A DNA stretch of 64,000 nucleotides from Patescibacteria group bacterium (GCA_041660565.1 JBAZWC010000001.1:430481-494480); one strand, 5' to 3'; counted from the stretch's first letter, positions 47,144-57,801 are shown. Numbers and translations are program-made. The notes: generated from the letters alone by a model not told the origin.

Positions 47144-48382
47144 TTATTTTTTTGAATGATTAGTAATTCGCTTTATTGCCACCATGTATGCGGCATCTCT
47201 TAGTGTGGTCTTTTCTTGTACCGACAAATTATAAACCGCCAAGCTGGCTTTATTCATTTGGGCTTTAAGTTTGGCAAAAACTTTCTCTTTACTCCACGAT
47301 TGCTTGTGGATGTTTTGATACCATTCGTAGTAAGAAACCGCCACACCACCTGAATTGGCTAGAATATCCGGAATAACCATTATTCCTTTTGTTTTTAGTA
47401 CTTGATCCGCATCGGCGGTAGTGGGGCCATTGGCCAGTTCTAAAACGTATTTGGCTTTAATCTGAGATGCATTTTCGGCCACTATCACATTTTCTAGCGC
47501 CGCTGGAACTATCACATCTACCGGCAGCGTCAATATCTTATCCGGAGAAATAATTTGCGATTTTTCCGCCATATCCGATAGTAATTTGCCGCTGTTTTTT
47601 GCTTCAATTAACGCATCAATATTAGTGATACCAAGCGGATTGTAAATGCCGGTTTTGGAATCGGATATCGCCACCACCTTTACTCCCAGCTCAACCAAGA
47701 ATTTGGCCACGTACTGCCCCACGTTACCGAATCCTTGTACAGATGCGGTAAGATTGGTGATATCGATCTTTGCGGCCTTCATGATCGCCTCAAAGGCGTA
47801 CGCGCCCCCTAGACCGGTGGCTTCGGTGCGTCCCAATGATCCACCTAGAGTTAGCGGCTTACCGGTAACCACCGCCAGCGACTTCTTGCCGGTCGATTTG
47901 GCAAATTGGTCAACCACCCACTCCATTATTTGCCCGTTAGTGTTCACATCTGGCGCCGGCACGTCTTTGTGCGGCCCAATATTATCGGCAATCGCGCTAA
48001 TGTATTGCCTGGTCAATCTTTCTAACTCATTGGTCGATAAATCTTTAGGGTTAACATTAACACCACCTTTGCCACCGCCAAATGGCACGTCTATCACGGC
48101 ATTCTTCATTGTCATCCACAATGACAGCGCTTTTACCTCATCTACGTTAACTTGGGGATGATAACGAATACCACCCTTGTATGGCCCGAGGGCGTTATTA
48201 TGCTGAGATCGATATCCGGTGTAAACCACCACGTTGCCATCATCCTTTAACAACGGCAAATTTAGCTCGATTACTTTGTCTGGATTAGATAATTTGGCCA
48301 CCCACAATCGGTCAAGGTTAACTTTCTTGGCGATGCTTTGAATTTGTAGCTGCGCACGCAACCACGGGTTATTATCTGCCAT
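47144..48382 (-). CDS. gdhA: Glu/Leu/Phe/Val dehydrogenase (glutamate dehydrogenase)
   Basis: GPYKGGIRY, GGGKGG, DVPAPD, QGFGNVG, ELANGP. Confidence 0.93.
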   Translation of the reverse strand: MADNNPWLRAQLQIQSIAKKVNLDRLWVAKLSNPDKVIELNLPLLKDDGNVVVYTGYRSQHNNALGPYKGGIRYHPQVNVDEVKALSLWMTMKNAVIDVPFGGGKGGVNVNPKDLSTNELERLTRQYISAIADNIGPHKDVPAPDVNTNGQIMEWVVDQFAKSTGKKSLAVVTGKPLTLGGSLGRTEATGLGGAYAFEAIMKAAKIDITNLTASVQGFGNVGQYVAKFLVELGVKVVAISDSKTGIYNPLGITNIDALIEAKNSGKLLSDMAEKSQIISPDKILTLPVDVIVPAALENVIVAENASQIKAKYVLELANGPTTADADQVLKTKGIMVIPDILANSGGVAVSYYEWYQNIHKQSWSKEKVFAKLKAQMNKASLAVYNLSVQEKTTLRDAAYMVAIKRITNHSKK

Positions 48383-48419
48383 ATCAGCCTCCGCTATTAA
48401 GACATATTAAGTATTAAAT

Positions 48420-49373
48420 TTAGATCCCGATGAATGTGTGAACCTTAGCCGCATTTTTCCAAATCACAAAGTCGTTATCACCGCGAATATCTTCTATTAA
48501 GATTAAATGCCAACCATAGGTGGTACGAATCGGTCCCAGAATATCACCTTTTTTAACCGAACTGGCAAAAATTGCGTCGTCAAACTCAGCAACAGACTGG
48601 CCGCGGCTTAGATATCCAAGCTCGCCAGAGTTATTATTACTGGCCGTGTCTTCACTATATTGCTTGGCCATATCGGCAAACGGCTTACCGCCATTTATCT
48701 GCTTTAGATAGTCCTTAGCTTTTACCTGAGCGGCATCAATGGTTTTTTGGTCAGCGCCGGAATCTACTTTAACTAACAGATGACGAACCTGAACTTCGCG
48801 CCACTGTTTTTTATCTTGATACCAAGCCTGTACTTTATTTTTGAGTAGCTGCTTGGCAATTAAATTTTTGAATTGATCCTCGTTTAGCCCGTATAGATCG
48901 GTCAGAACTTTAGCAAGCTCCTCTTTACCACTTTTTTCTTGCAGTTTTTGATAAGCCTGATTTACTTCGTCTTGGCTAACCTTGATCTTGTTCTTGGTAG
49001 CTTGATTCGCAGTCAGCTGATCGGTAATTAGTAGGTCAATCACCTGCTTTTTGACCGTAGTAACATCGTAGCTGGTTTTGCTGGCATCATAAAAATGCTT
49101 AGTATAATCGTAGGTAAAGTTGTAATCCGAGATCGGGATAAGTGACCAATTTACTTTAACCGCAGGGTACGGAATGATTCTGGCCATAAATTTGGCAGAT
49201 GAATTGTTGACGTTAAACCCATAAATTGCAATCGCAAACGCAATAATTAAGGCCACAAACAAACCAACCAAACTAAAGAATATTGATCTCGCTGAGCGTC
49301 TTTTAAACTCAAATCGTGAGAAAAACCGAGCAATGGATTTTGTGAATTGTTTTATTTTTTCAAGTATTTTCAT
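48420..49373 (-). CDS. PrsA/SurA-like parvulin peptidyl-prolyl isomerase
   Basis: VRHLLV, FADMAKQYSED, GELG, GWHLI. Confidence 0.9.
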   Translation of the reverse strand: MKILEKIKQFTKSIARFFSRFEFKRRSARSIFFSLVGLFVALIIAFAIAIYGFNVNNSSAKFMARIIPYPAVKVNWSLIPISDYNFTYDYTKHFYDASKTSYDVTTVKKQVIDLLITDQLTANQATKNKIKVSQDEVNQAYQKLQEKSGKEELAKVLTDLYGLNEDQFKNLIAKQLLKNKVQAWYQDKKQWREVQVRHLLVKVDSGADQKTIDAAQVKAKDYLKQINGGKPFADMAKQYSEDTASNNNSGELGYLSRGQSVAEFDDAIFASSVKKGDILGPIRTTYGWHLILIEDIRGDNDFVIWKNAAKVHTFIGI

Positions 49374-49375
49374 AT

Positions 49376-50008
49376 TTACCTAACGCTGCCTAGAAGTACC
49401 GGTTTAATTGTAGCAAGAACAAAAACGACTAGCAACAAGCACATCACTGCATCACCCCACAATTTGTTCCACGAAAATTCCTTTTTTGCGTCCGCTTCTA
49501 GAAAACTCCACAGTAGATAGACAAAAAAGGTGCTTAGTAGGGCTTCGCTAAGTACATCATCATATATCACCCAATACATTAAGTAGGTAATAATTTGGGC
49601 GGTGATAAAACCAACTAAATAGGAATGGCGCCACAGTACCGATTTTGGGAAAAGATGGTGTCCGCGCCAAATTGTCAGAATCACCATTACAACAGTAGAT
49701 GCGCCAAGTAGCGTCCAAATTGGCCATATTTCTAAATGATTAAAGGAATAAACCATACTAAAGTTGATGTAGGTAAACAACAGCAACAGCGCGTCGATGT
49801 TTTGGCGCCAAAACGATTGCCATAGGGCATAAATGGCGAAAACGACGATCACCGTGTATTGAAAAGAGGAAATGTGAACCTTGCTAAAATAATATTGCAA
49901 AATAACCACTAAAACTACACTCGCGATGGCTAAAATTGGTTTAGCGGTGCGATTCGGAAAAATCTTGTTCCAAATATCGGTATAAGTTGGAGAATTGGGC
50001 ATAATCAT
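49376..50008 (-). CDS. Polytopic membrane protein
   Basis: Hydrophobic 210-aa ORF. Confidence 0.65.
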   Translation of the reverse strand: MIMPNSPTYTDIWNKIFPNRTAKPILAIASVVLVVILQYYFSKVHISSFQYTVIVVFAIYALWQSFWRQNIDALLLLFTYINFSMVYSFNHLEIWPIWTLLGASTVVMVILTIWRGHHLFPKSVLWRHSYLVGFITAQIITYLMYWVIYDDVLSEALLSTFFVYLLWSFLEADAKKEFSWNKLWGDAVMCLLLVVFVLATIKPVLLGSVR

Positions 50009-50158
50009 TCCAAAATTCGAAGCACTAAATCCAAAATCCGAAACATTTATGATTAGAAATTTGGAATATATTTCGTATTTCGAGTTTCGAGTTTCGTGCT
50101 TTTTACTTATTGTGTGTGCACAACAACATGATCGCGCGGAATATCGACTTAATAGACG

Positions 50159-51493
50159 CTATTTGCTTGTCGAATAGTCTGCGCCTAATATTAGCACAAT
50201 GTCCGCTGTTTCGCTACTAGCAGAAGAATCTTGGCGGGCTTTTAGTCCGAATCTTTTTTCTAAAAATGATATAGTGAATGGATTTTTGCCACCACTCCGA
50301 TCGATCAACTGCGTGAACTGCTCTTTTGTAGTGCTATTTGTAACACTTACAACATTGTATCCCAAATTTTTAAGTGTTTTGGATACGGTTGCGCCAAGTC
50401 CAGAGGTGCTGGTAGCGTTTTGAATAGCAATAGTTGAGTCTTCTTTTGCCAAAAATGGATTGGTGAAAATGGTATGAGCAATGTCTTTAACTGCTTGATA
50501 GGTGTAATCGCCATCGCGTGGGACCAATACGTCTGCACCACCAATATTTTGCCCCACCAACGGACCACTGGCTGAGCTGTCAATTACCTGGGTAATAATT
50601 TGGCTGCCAGTTAAATCTTTAACCTCGGTGATGAGTGTTTGCATTTCGCTAACCTGTAAGTCAGTACGAATATGATTACCCACAATATTCATTATTTGAG
50701 TCAATTTAACCGGATTAGTTAAGACGCCTGCCGACAGGGCTTTTTGTTTAATCGCTAACATTACTTCTTGCTGTCGGCGCGATCGATCAAAATCGGATGT
50801 GGTTTTACGTGATCTGGCATACTTTAAGGCAGTTTCCCCATCCATTGTTTGTGTTCCGGCTTTAATATGCACCGGAGAGTAACGAATCATATCTGCCGCC
50901 GGATAAAACGGATCATCAAGTGGCGTATCCACCGTGACCGTTATACCCCCCAAAGAGTCCACAATCTCCTTAAAGGCCTGAAAATCCAGTAACACATAAT
51001 AATGAATCGGTATGCCTAATAGATCACTAATGGTCTGCTTTGCCGCGGCTGTGCCATTGCCTTTTTGTTTCAATTCACCACGATAATACATCTCATTTAT
51101 ACGAGCGTATGTGTTACTGGAATATTTATAATACAGATCCCTTGGCACAGATAGGAAACCAGCTTTGTGATTTTGAGTATCTAACGATAAAACTTGGATA
51201 GTGTCTGTCAATGTACCGCCCGGATGATCTTCTCCACCCATGCCCATCAATAGAATATTTACCCGACCATCCGAATCACCGGATAAATCGGACGGTTTAA
51301 CATCTTTTGCGTTTTTAGTCAGCAAAACGCTACCCCCGTTAGAGTTAGCCGTAATGACCTTATTTTTATTTTTTATGATGGTGTAGCCGAACCAGCTAGA
51401 TAATCCTATTATCAGGACGACAAAAAATAAGCCGACCCACTTTGCCGTTCGTTTAACTTTTGATCCGGATGCACCAAATTTAATAAATCGCAT
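50159..51493 (-). CDS. LCP (LytR-CpsA-Psr) family protein with LytR_C domain
   Basis: NILLMG, TDTI, SVPRD, ARSR..SDFDRSRRQ, C-terminal ILGADY. Confidence 0.93.
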   Translation of the reverse strand: MRFIKFGASGSKVKRTAKWVGLFFVVLIIGLSSWFGYTIIKNKNKVITANSNGGSVLLTKNAKDVKPSDLSGDSDGRVNILLMGMGGEDHPGGTLTDTIQVLSLDTQNHKAGFLSVPRDLYYKYSSNTYARINEMYYRGELKQKGNGTAAAKQTISDLLGIPIHYYVLLDFQAFKEIVDSLGGITVTVDTPLDDPFYPAADMIRYSPVHIKAGTQTMDGETALKYARSRKTTSDFDRSRRQQEVMLAIKQKALSAGVLTNPVKLTQIMNIVGNHIRTDLQVSEMQTLITEVKDLTGSQIITQVIDSSASGPLVGQNIGGADVLVPRDGDYTYQAVKDIAHTIFTNPFLAKEDSTIAIQNATSTSGLGATVSKTLKNLGYNVVSVTNSTTKEQFTQLIDRSGGKNPFTISFLEKRFGLKARQDSSASSETADIVLILGADYSTSK

Positions 51494-51744
51494 TTATCTT
51501 ATTTTATCTGATTGTCGTGTTTGGAGCAAGGCGCTGTTTTCTTGTTCGAGGCATGGCCGAGAACTACCCATTTAGTAAAGGGATAATTCTCACTTCGTCC
51601 TCCGAGCGTAACTCTACGGAGTGGAGCTTCGAACAAGAAATACATCGTGTGCAAATTTAAACTTTGCTACACTTAATATTCCTAATTGATACTAATAAGC
51701 GATCCCCACCAGTTTAGCCAATTACGCTGAAAATTGTCTTAGAG

Positions 51745-51948
51745 TTATTCGGCTTTCTCGGCTTTTTCAACTGGTTTGCATTTGTGGGCCACGCCTACAA
51801 TGCTTTGCGCCAAAGTAAAGGCGAACAATATCAGGGTTATAAACCCAATCCCCACCTCAGTATCCGTTGCACCACCCGTCATAAATGACAAAGCGAAAAA
51901 CAACCCGATTGCCGAAACCAGTATTCCAATGACTGACATAACTTTCAT
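51745..51948 (-). CDS. Small 2-TM protein
   Basis: SD aaggag, two hydrophobic helices. Confidence 0.6.
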   Translation of the reverse strand: MKVMSVIGILVSAIGLFFALSFMTGGATDTEVGIGFITLILFAFTLAQSIVGVAHKCKPVEKAEKAE

Positions 51949-51969
51949 TATGCTCCTTTTTTTTATTTT

Positions 51970-52386
51970 CTATTGAACCGCGATAACGGTAAAATCTCTA
52001 ACCGGATTAGTCTCATCTATATTGTAACAGACTTGTTGCTCAAAGGAATCTGCTAGTTGATATTTCCCCAGTGTTCTTTTGGTCTTATCTAAAAAGTTGA
52101 CGTCTAAACAACCACTTTCTTCGGTGGTCAACGAATACGAACCATCAGTACCAACAGAGGCACCAATTGATCCGATAATTACTTGCTGGGTGCTGGCTGG
52201 GCCAACCACTTTGCCTGTGCTATCCACAATGGTTACTTTACCGGTAACGTAATGAAAATATGGACTAGCGGGGACAGTGCTGGCATCACTGCTAATATAG
52301 TGGATGTATGTAGATACGCCAACCAAAATTATCAGGATACCCAAAACAATAAATTGGTATCGTTTAAAAATCATTTTATTATTCAT
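51970..52386 (-). CDS. Membrane-anchored hypothetical protein
   Basis: N-terminal TM; same operon as the upstream protease. Confidence 0.6.
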   Translation of the reverse strand: MNNKMIFKRYQFIVLGILIILVGVSTYIHYISSDASTVPASPYFHYVTGKVTIVDSTGKVVGPASTQQVIIGSIGASVGTDGSYSLTTEESGCLDVNFLDKTKRTLGKYQLADSFEQQVCYNIDETNPVRDFTVIAVQ

Positions 52387-52403
52387 CTTCTTTCTTTCCG
52401 ATA

Positions 52404-54176
52404 TTATGGCTGCAACGACAGATCAACGGTTTTCATTAGAATATCGTTGATAATCTGACCGGTATCATTAGCATTTTTTGAATAATCATTCATATGTACG
52501 ATACCGTCATGGAAAGCCGAAGCGTATGTTTCAGTGTTGCCGTCTTTTGGATGTCCAAAGCTTTTCCACGCATTGTCATACGTACTGTCTTTTATGACGG
52601 TAAAATATGGTGGATCCAAAAATCTACCCAAAGCACGAACAGTGGCAAAAAGACCGGTATCGGAAGAAAAAGTATCGCAAGTGCCGCTCTTACGCAAGTC
52701 TATGCCGTGCCCAAATTCATGAATGACGGCGTGAACAGTAACATCTGTGCCATATTTTTGAACCACACTAGCTGTGATTTCAAAACGTTCAGCAAATAAA
52801 TTTGGACCATTAGTATTTGGGTGCGGCAGCGCAGACATACATTTAACATTGGGAGGGCTTGACTCATTATGCCCATATTCACTGTATTCGTAGCCAACGC
52901 TGGGATTCCCGTCTGAGTTAACAACCACTTGCAGGGGTAGCATATTATATTTTGGATACGCTGCTCTTAGCTTGCCAATCTGCTCGTCCACCGCTTTCCA
53001 CGTTGCCAGCATACTGGTATACGTAGTTTTGGCTTGGTACCCACAGAACCAAAATTCTTTTACATTTGTTTGAGGATATTTATAACATTTACCGTCCGTT
53101 GAAACCGAATTTGGTGTCATGGCAACATGAATTATGTCAGCGGTATTATCAGGGACATTATACAATACCGCAGTTGTGGTATATGTTTTATAGCCTGATG
53201 CGGAAACAGTAACGGTATAAACGCCCGAAAGCACTTTTTTAAAACTAGCTATACCTTTTTTATTTGTTTTAGCGGAAAGATGTGTTTTTGGATAAAGATC
53301 TAGCTTAACTGTTGCATTACTAACTAATTTTTCTGTCGGACCGTAATCAAAGTAATCTACCACCACTACATCTACTTTATGAACATTATCTACTGCCACA
53401 TTATCAACTTGCAAACTTACACTTATTGTCTGATTATTCGTCGCGGAAAACTTGACCGTAGCCGGTGTACCAATTAATTTTGTATCACCTAGCCACGGCT
53501 CAACCGAGAAATCGACACCAGGAACAAGTGCGTCTGACACATATTCAAAATTGATCCCTTGTGGGCCAATGATTGTTTTGCCAATTAATTTTCTACTCTT
53601 AACCTCGAATATCTTTATTATCACCCCGGGTTTCTTATATAATAATTCGCCTGATATTTTATTCGAAGAAACCACTTCAAGTTTAATATCATATACATTT
53701 TTACCCGGACGAAGCCACGGAATAGTTTTGATTGGGAAAACAACAAAATCACCTTGTGCTTTTAGACTAGCTGATTCAGGATAGACCGACGGAAAGATGT
53801 AATGCCCGGTCAGGTCTGTTTTGACTGTGACGCCGGTATTGCCATTTTGGTAGAGAGTAACGTTCACATTCGGAATACCCACTTTGGAGGTTGAAAGATA
53901 GGCAAAACCTTCTAGCCATGTGCGAACGCCGGAAGATGGATTTGATGATGGCTGTCCGGAAGCGTTAGCAGTTGGAGTAGGTGTTTTGGTGGGGGTAGCA
54001 GTAGGGGTTGCGTTTGGAGTTGGAGTGAAATTGGCTGTGGGAGACATTGTGGGTGTGGCTGAGGTGGCAGAAGATGGATTACTCGACGGCCCAATAGCCA
54101 TAGCAGGGACGGAAAGCAATCCAATATTTATTATCATCGCCAAACCAATCACCAAAAAACGTGCGATTTTTTTCAT
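52404..54176 (-). CDS. Secreted protein with carboxypeptidase-regulatory-like repeats and a C-terminal HEXXH zinc metallopeptidase
   Basis: Signal peptide, T/P linker, HEFGHGID and downstream ETYA. Confidence 0.7.
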   Translation of the reverse strand: MKKIARFLVIGLAMIINIGLLSVPAMAIGPSSNPSSATSATPTMSPTANFTPTPNATPTATPTKTPTPTANASGQPSSNPSSGVRTWLEGFAYLSTSKVGIPNVNVTLYQNGNTGVTVKTDLTGHYIFPSVYPESASLKAQGDFVVFPIKTIPWLRPGKNVYDIKLEVVSSNKISGELLYKKPGVIIKIFEVKSRKLIGKTIIGPQGINFEYVSDALVPGVDFSVEPWLGDTKLIGTPATVKFSATNNQTISVSLQVDNVAVDNVHKVDVVVVDYFDYGPTEKLVSNATVKLDLYPKTHLSAKTNKKGIASFKKVLSGVYTVTVSASGYKTYTTTAVLYNVPDNTADIIHVAMTPNSVSTDGKCYKYPQTNVKEFWFCGYQAKTTYTSMLATWKAVDEQIGKLRAAYPKYNMLPLQVVVNSDGNPSVGYEYSEYGHNESSPPNVKCMSALPHPNTNGPNLFAERFEITASVVQKYGTDVTVHAVIHEFGHGIDLRKSGTCDTFSSDTGLFATVRALGRFLDPPYFTVIKDSTYDNAWKSFGHPKDGNTETYASAFHDGIVHMNDYSKNANDTGQIINDILMKTVDLSLQP

Positions 54177-54235
54177 GCAATCCTCATCCTTATTGTACCT
54201 TAATTGTTGCAAAAAATATCCCGTACCGCAACTAT

Positions 54236-55300
54236 TTATCTGTCTTTGTCAACTATCACAGGGTTATCCGGTAATTTTACTACCGCTTCTTCGCCTACCG
54301 AACTTAAACGAAGCTCAATTTTGTTTATCTGCTTTTCGGTTTCCAAGTATTTTGTCTGCGCGCCTTGAATATGGCTACCCAAACCGGAATAGCTCTTGGA
54401 AAACTTCTCAAAATCATGCGCCAGTGTTTGTAAATTGGTCAAAATGTGATGAGCTTGCTCTTCAATTTTTAGCCCCTTAAGTCCGAGCAATATAGCCTGT
54501 AAGTAAATATAAAGAGTGTTTGGTGAAACCGGAATCACTTTTTTGGCAAAAGCATAAGATAAAACCGAATCGTCTTTATCATCTTTTAGCACCGTTTCGT
54601 AATATAAATTTTCGGCCGGTACATACATTAAGGCAAAATCAAAAGTTCCTTCTGCGGGTAAAATGTATTTCTTGGCAATATCGTCGATGTGTTTTTTAAC
54701 GTCGGATTTAAACGCCTTGCTCATTTGTTCTTTTTCCAAATCGTTTTTACTATCAACCAACCGGCGGAAGTTTTCCATTGGAAACTTGGCGTCAATTGGC
54801 ACCAGTAAACCATCGTGCAATTTAACCACCGCATCTACCCGTTCGCCGCTCTTAAAATTGTATTGCAATTTATATTGATCCTTGGGCAGCAGCTGCGCCA
54901 GCATATCACCCAAAAACAACTCGCCCAAATTGCCACGTAGTTTAGGAGTTTTAAGGATGTCTTGAAGCGAGGTCAAATCTTTGCCAATAGCTAAAATTTG
55001 TTTCGAGCCTTCGTCCAAATGGGCGAGTCGTTCGGTAACCTGATTAAACAAGGTGGTAGTTTGATCTAATTTTTGGCCTACCGAAGCGCCGGATTTATCC
55101 AATGTTTCGCGATGTTCTTGTAATTGAGTTTGCAACAATAGCTGAAATTGCTGCATCTGCTGCAGCATGCCGGTGTTTAGGGCGTCCATGCGCTGATGCA
55201 ATAACGCGTTATCGGTTGATTTACCCCGACGCAAAAAAATGGCAACCATGGCACCAACAGTCAACCCACCGAGTAAAAATAAAATTGATTCAGCGTTCAT
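54236..55300 (-). CDS. rmuC: DNA recombination protein RmuC
   Basis: RGNLGE, IDAKFP, KHIDDIAKKYI, DFALMYVPAE, SPNTL. Confidence 0.93.
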   Translation of the reverse strand: MNAESILFLLGGLTVGAMVAIFLRRGKSTDNALLHQRMDALNTGMLQQMQQFQLLLQTQLQEHRETLDKSGASVGQKLDQTTTLFNQVTERLAHLDEGSKQILAIGKDLTSLQDILKTPKLRGNLGELFLGDMLAQLLPKDQYKLQYNFKSGERVDAVVKLHDGLLVPIDAKFPMENFRRLVDSKNDLEKEQMSKAFKSDVKKHIDDIAKKYILPAEGTFDFALMYVPAENLYYETVLKDDKDDSVLSYAFAKKVIPVSPNTLYIYLQAILLGLKGLKIEEQAHHILTNLQTLAHDFEKFSKSYSGLGSHIQGAQTKYLETEKQINKIELRLSSVGEEAVVKLPDNPVIVDKDR

Positions 55301-55316
55301 TTAGTTCCGTTTTCTG

Positions 55317-55802
55317 TCATCGGACTTTCTTTCGTTCGAACAACGATAAGCCGACCAAGATTACCACTAAAGCGTAAAAATACTGGGCGTAATGCAAGTT
55401 ATACAATAGCCAAAATCCGCTAACTAGGAAGAATATCAGGCCTATATCAAACATCCATTTTTTTTGCCATCTTAGCCACGCCAACAACATCGGTATAGTT
55501 AAAGTTAGTGGCAGGACAAAATTGATCAAATCGTAGTAAAACCAACCGGTAAACTGATTAAAGAACAAAAATAGTGAGAAAATTATCAAAAATAGACCAA
55601 AAATATATTCATATGGTTTTTTTTGCGATGGGTGAGATTCCACAAAGTGAAGCATTATATAAATTCCGGGAATTAAGATTAAAAGCGGCCAAAAACCGGC
55701 CCACACCGCAACCTGGGGAGCAAGATTCTGCACCAAAATGATTAAACCAATAATGATAATATACGACGCAAACAACACCCGCCAAAGACTAACTTTGTGC
55801 AT
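55317..55802 (-). CDS. LiaF/DUF5668-like membrane protein
   Basis: FWPLLILIPG motif, multi-TM; SD aggag before ATG 55802. Confidence 0.6.
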   Translation of the reverse strand: MHKVSLWRVLFASYIIIIGLIILVQNLAPQVAVWAGFWPLLILIPGIYIMLHFVESHPSQKKPYEYIFGLFLIIFSLFLFFNQFTGWFYYDLINFVLPLTLTIPMLLAWLRWQKKWMFDIGLIFFLVSGFWLLYNLHYAQYFYALVVILVGLSLFERKKVR

Positions 55803-56166
55803 ACAATCTCCTGACATAGATTATACCGCGATTCCTACCCCTTGTCATTTCGACCCTGCGAGAATGTCAATTCGAGCGTGTTGGAGAAATCTAAGGAAGA
55901 ATCCCATCCACAATTTTAAATTTTAAAGGCAAAATTTTAAATGAATAAGTACCGAATGATTAAATTTTAAATGGTTCCTTATTAAGTCATTAAAAATTGG
56001 CAACCATTCATTTGATAATCTCGAGCGTTCCGCGAGTGATTTCGATGCTAAGCATCTAATTAAAAATTAATAATTTATAATTCTTTTTTTGCAGATTTCT
56101 CCACCCTCGACTTGAATATCGAGGAGTCGAAATGACAACTTGTGACGTATACCTTGAACCAACGTT

Positions 56167-56910
56167 TTAGTGCAAGCTGGATAAACTGGATTTTTGGAAA
56201 ATTTTATACGTATTATTATCGCAATTACCGTTATTCACTGGATAAGTAGCATCTCGCCACTGATTAAACGGGGCTGCAACAGGATTTGAGAAATATCCGG
56301 TATTTGCAGCGTTATAACCTTCCGTGCACGGGGTAGCTTGATTCTCTAAAGCCACTCGCAGCACATAGTATTTTTGCTGTGCCCGATAACTAATCGCTCC
56401 CGCCCTCCAAACAGCTGAAGCGTCGGCACTACTATCCCAAACCGGGAAACCGCCGGCAGCCGTAAATGACCCTGTAACGGCCTTGGGTTTAGAAAGTAGT
56501 GGTAATAAATAAGCACTGGCAGCAATAGTAGCGGCGTTTGTATTGTCTGTATTAAACATCGGGTCAGCATACGCATATTGCGCTGCAACGTAACTGCTAA
56601 TAGAAGGATCTAAGCTGACCACTAAATTACAATCGCCCAAACCGGTAAAGTCGGCACCGGCATTACGATTTCCTTGGCACATAGCCCCCGCTCTGGCACT
56701 AGACCAGTTTGGCGCATACACATTATTGACCGATTTGTATTGCTCCAAAGCAGATTGAATGGCCAAAACCGACGTTTTTCGGGTTGTGTCTCGTGAACGC
56801 ATTTGCGCCCGAGAATAGCTACCAACAGAAATGGCAGTTAAAATCCCAATAATCGTCAAAACAATCATCAATTCAATCAAAGTAAAAGAACGACGTCTAA
56901 GTATAATCAC
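56167..56910 (-). CDS. Type IV pilin/pseudopilin-like protein
   Basis: RRRS|FTLIELMIVLTIIGIL, RSRD..RK, ALEQY. Confidence 0.88.
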   Translation of the reverse strand: MIILRRRSFTLIELMIVLTIIGILTAISVGSYSRAQMRSRDTTRKTSVLAIQSALEQYKSVNNVYAPNWSSARAGAMCQGNRNAGADFTGLGDCNLVVSLDPSISSYVAAQYAYADPMFNTDNTNAATIAASAYLLPLLSKPKAVTGSFTAAGGFPVWDSSADASAVWRAGAISYRAQQKYYVLRVALENQATPCTEGYNAANTGYFSNPVAAPFNQWRDATYPVNNGNCDNNTYKIFQKSSLSSLH

Positions 56911-56969
56911 AGATTACCTCTCTACAATTTTAGTCGGTAGCGCGCTTATACACGCTACCTTAAAAACTA

Positions 56970-57173
56970 TTATTCTTTTTTGCTAAACGCCATTACTAAT
57001 AGATATAGCGCTCCCAAACCCACTAAATCGTAAACGACACGAGATACCGTGCTCATATCGCCAAAGATTTTAGCGACAAGATCATATTTGAAAAGACCGA
57101 CTAATCCCCAGTTCAATGCACCGACGATTACTAATACAAAAGCTACCCAATCTAACGTACCCATCTTTTTCAT
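56970..57173 (-). CDS. DUF378 family small membrane protein
   Basis: LVIVGALNWGLVG...VY.LVGL. Confidence 0.9.
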   Translation of the reverse strand: MKKMGTLDWVAFVLVIVGALNWGLVGLFKYDLVAKIFGDMSTVSRVVYDLVGLGALYLLVMAFSKKE

Positions 57174-57304
57174 TTCAATCACCTCCCCTCGCTATAAATA
57201 AAGATCTACTACCATTATACACAATGGTGATTATATGCAACAATTTATCACAAAAAAAGACCTTTCGGTCAAAGTGGCTTGAGTTTCGAGTTAATTACAA
57301 AGGA

Positions 57305-57379
57305 TGGCTGGGGAGGAGGGACTCGAACCCCCGAATGCCAGGACCAAAACCTGGTGCCTTACCACTTGGCGACTCCCCA
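57305..57379 (-). tRNA. tRNA-Gln(UUG)
   Basis: Loop ttTTGgt, U1:A72, CCA. Confidence 0.95.
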
Positions 57380-57495
57380 ATTAGTTATATCCTACCACAA
57401 AATCATATTCTAAGCAATCATAATCGGCAATTATTTATTGCAAATTGTCTCTTTTCTGATAGAATAATGACATCACATGTACGGAGGCACGACGA

Positions 57496-57690
57496 ATGCC
57501 AGGTCAAACCGGTCTTACCTTCGACGAGCTTGTGCACGCGCTGATTTCCGCTTCCATTGCACTCGGCAAGATGGAAAAGCAACACCAGATTCGCCATACC
57601 CCACCCGACGAGACGGAACGTTTGCTCGCGCCACTTCGTTCTCGAGTAGAAGAGATCCGAAACGAAATCGTGTGCGCACATTATGCGTGA
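57496..57690 (+). CDS. 64-aa orphan, cassette 1
   Basis: SD ggagg; promoter 57438-57477; terminator 57707-57742. Confidence 0.65.
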   Translation: MPGQTGLTFDELVHALISASIALGKMEKQHQIRHTPPDETERLLAPLRSRVEEIRNEIVCAHYA

Positions 57691-57801
57691 ACCGGACATC
57701 ATCATGCCACGCCGCGGGTCAAGACAGACCGCGGCTTTTTTTGTTGCAAATTGTCTATTTTCTGATACAATAATGGCATCACAGCGACACAGAGGTGTGC
57801 C

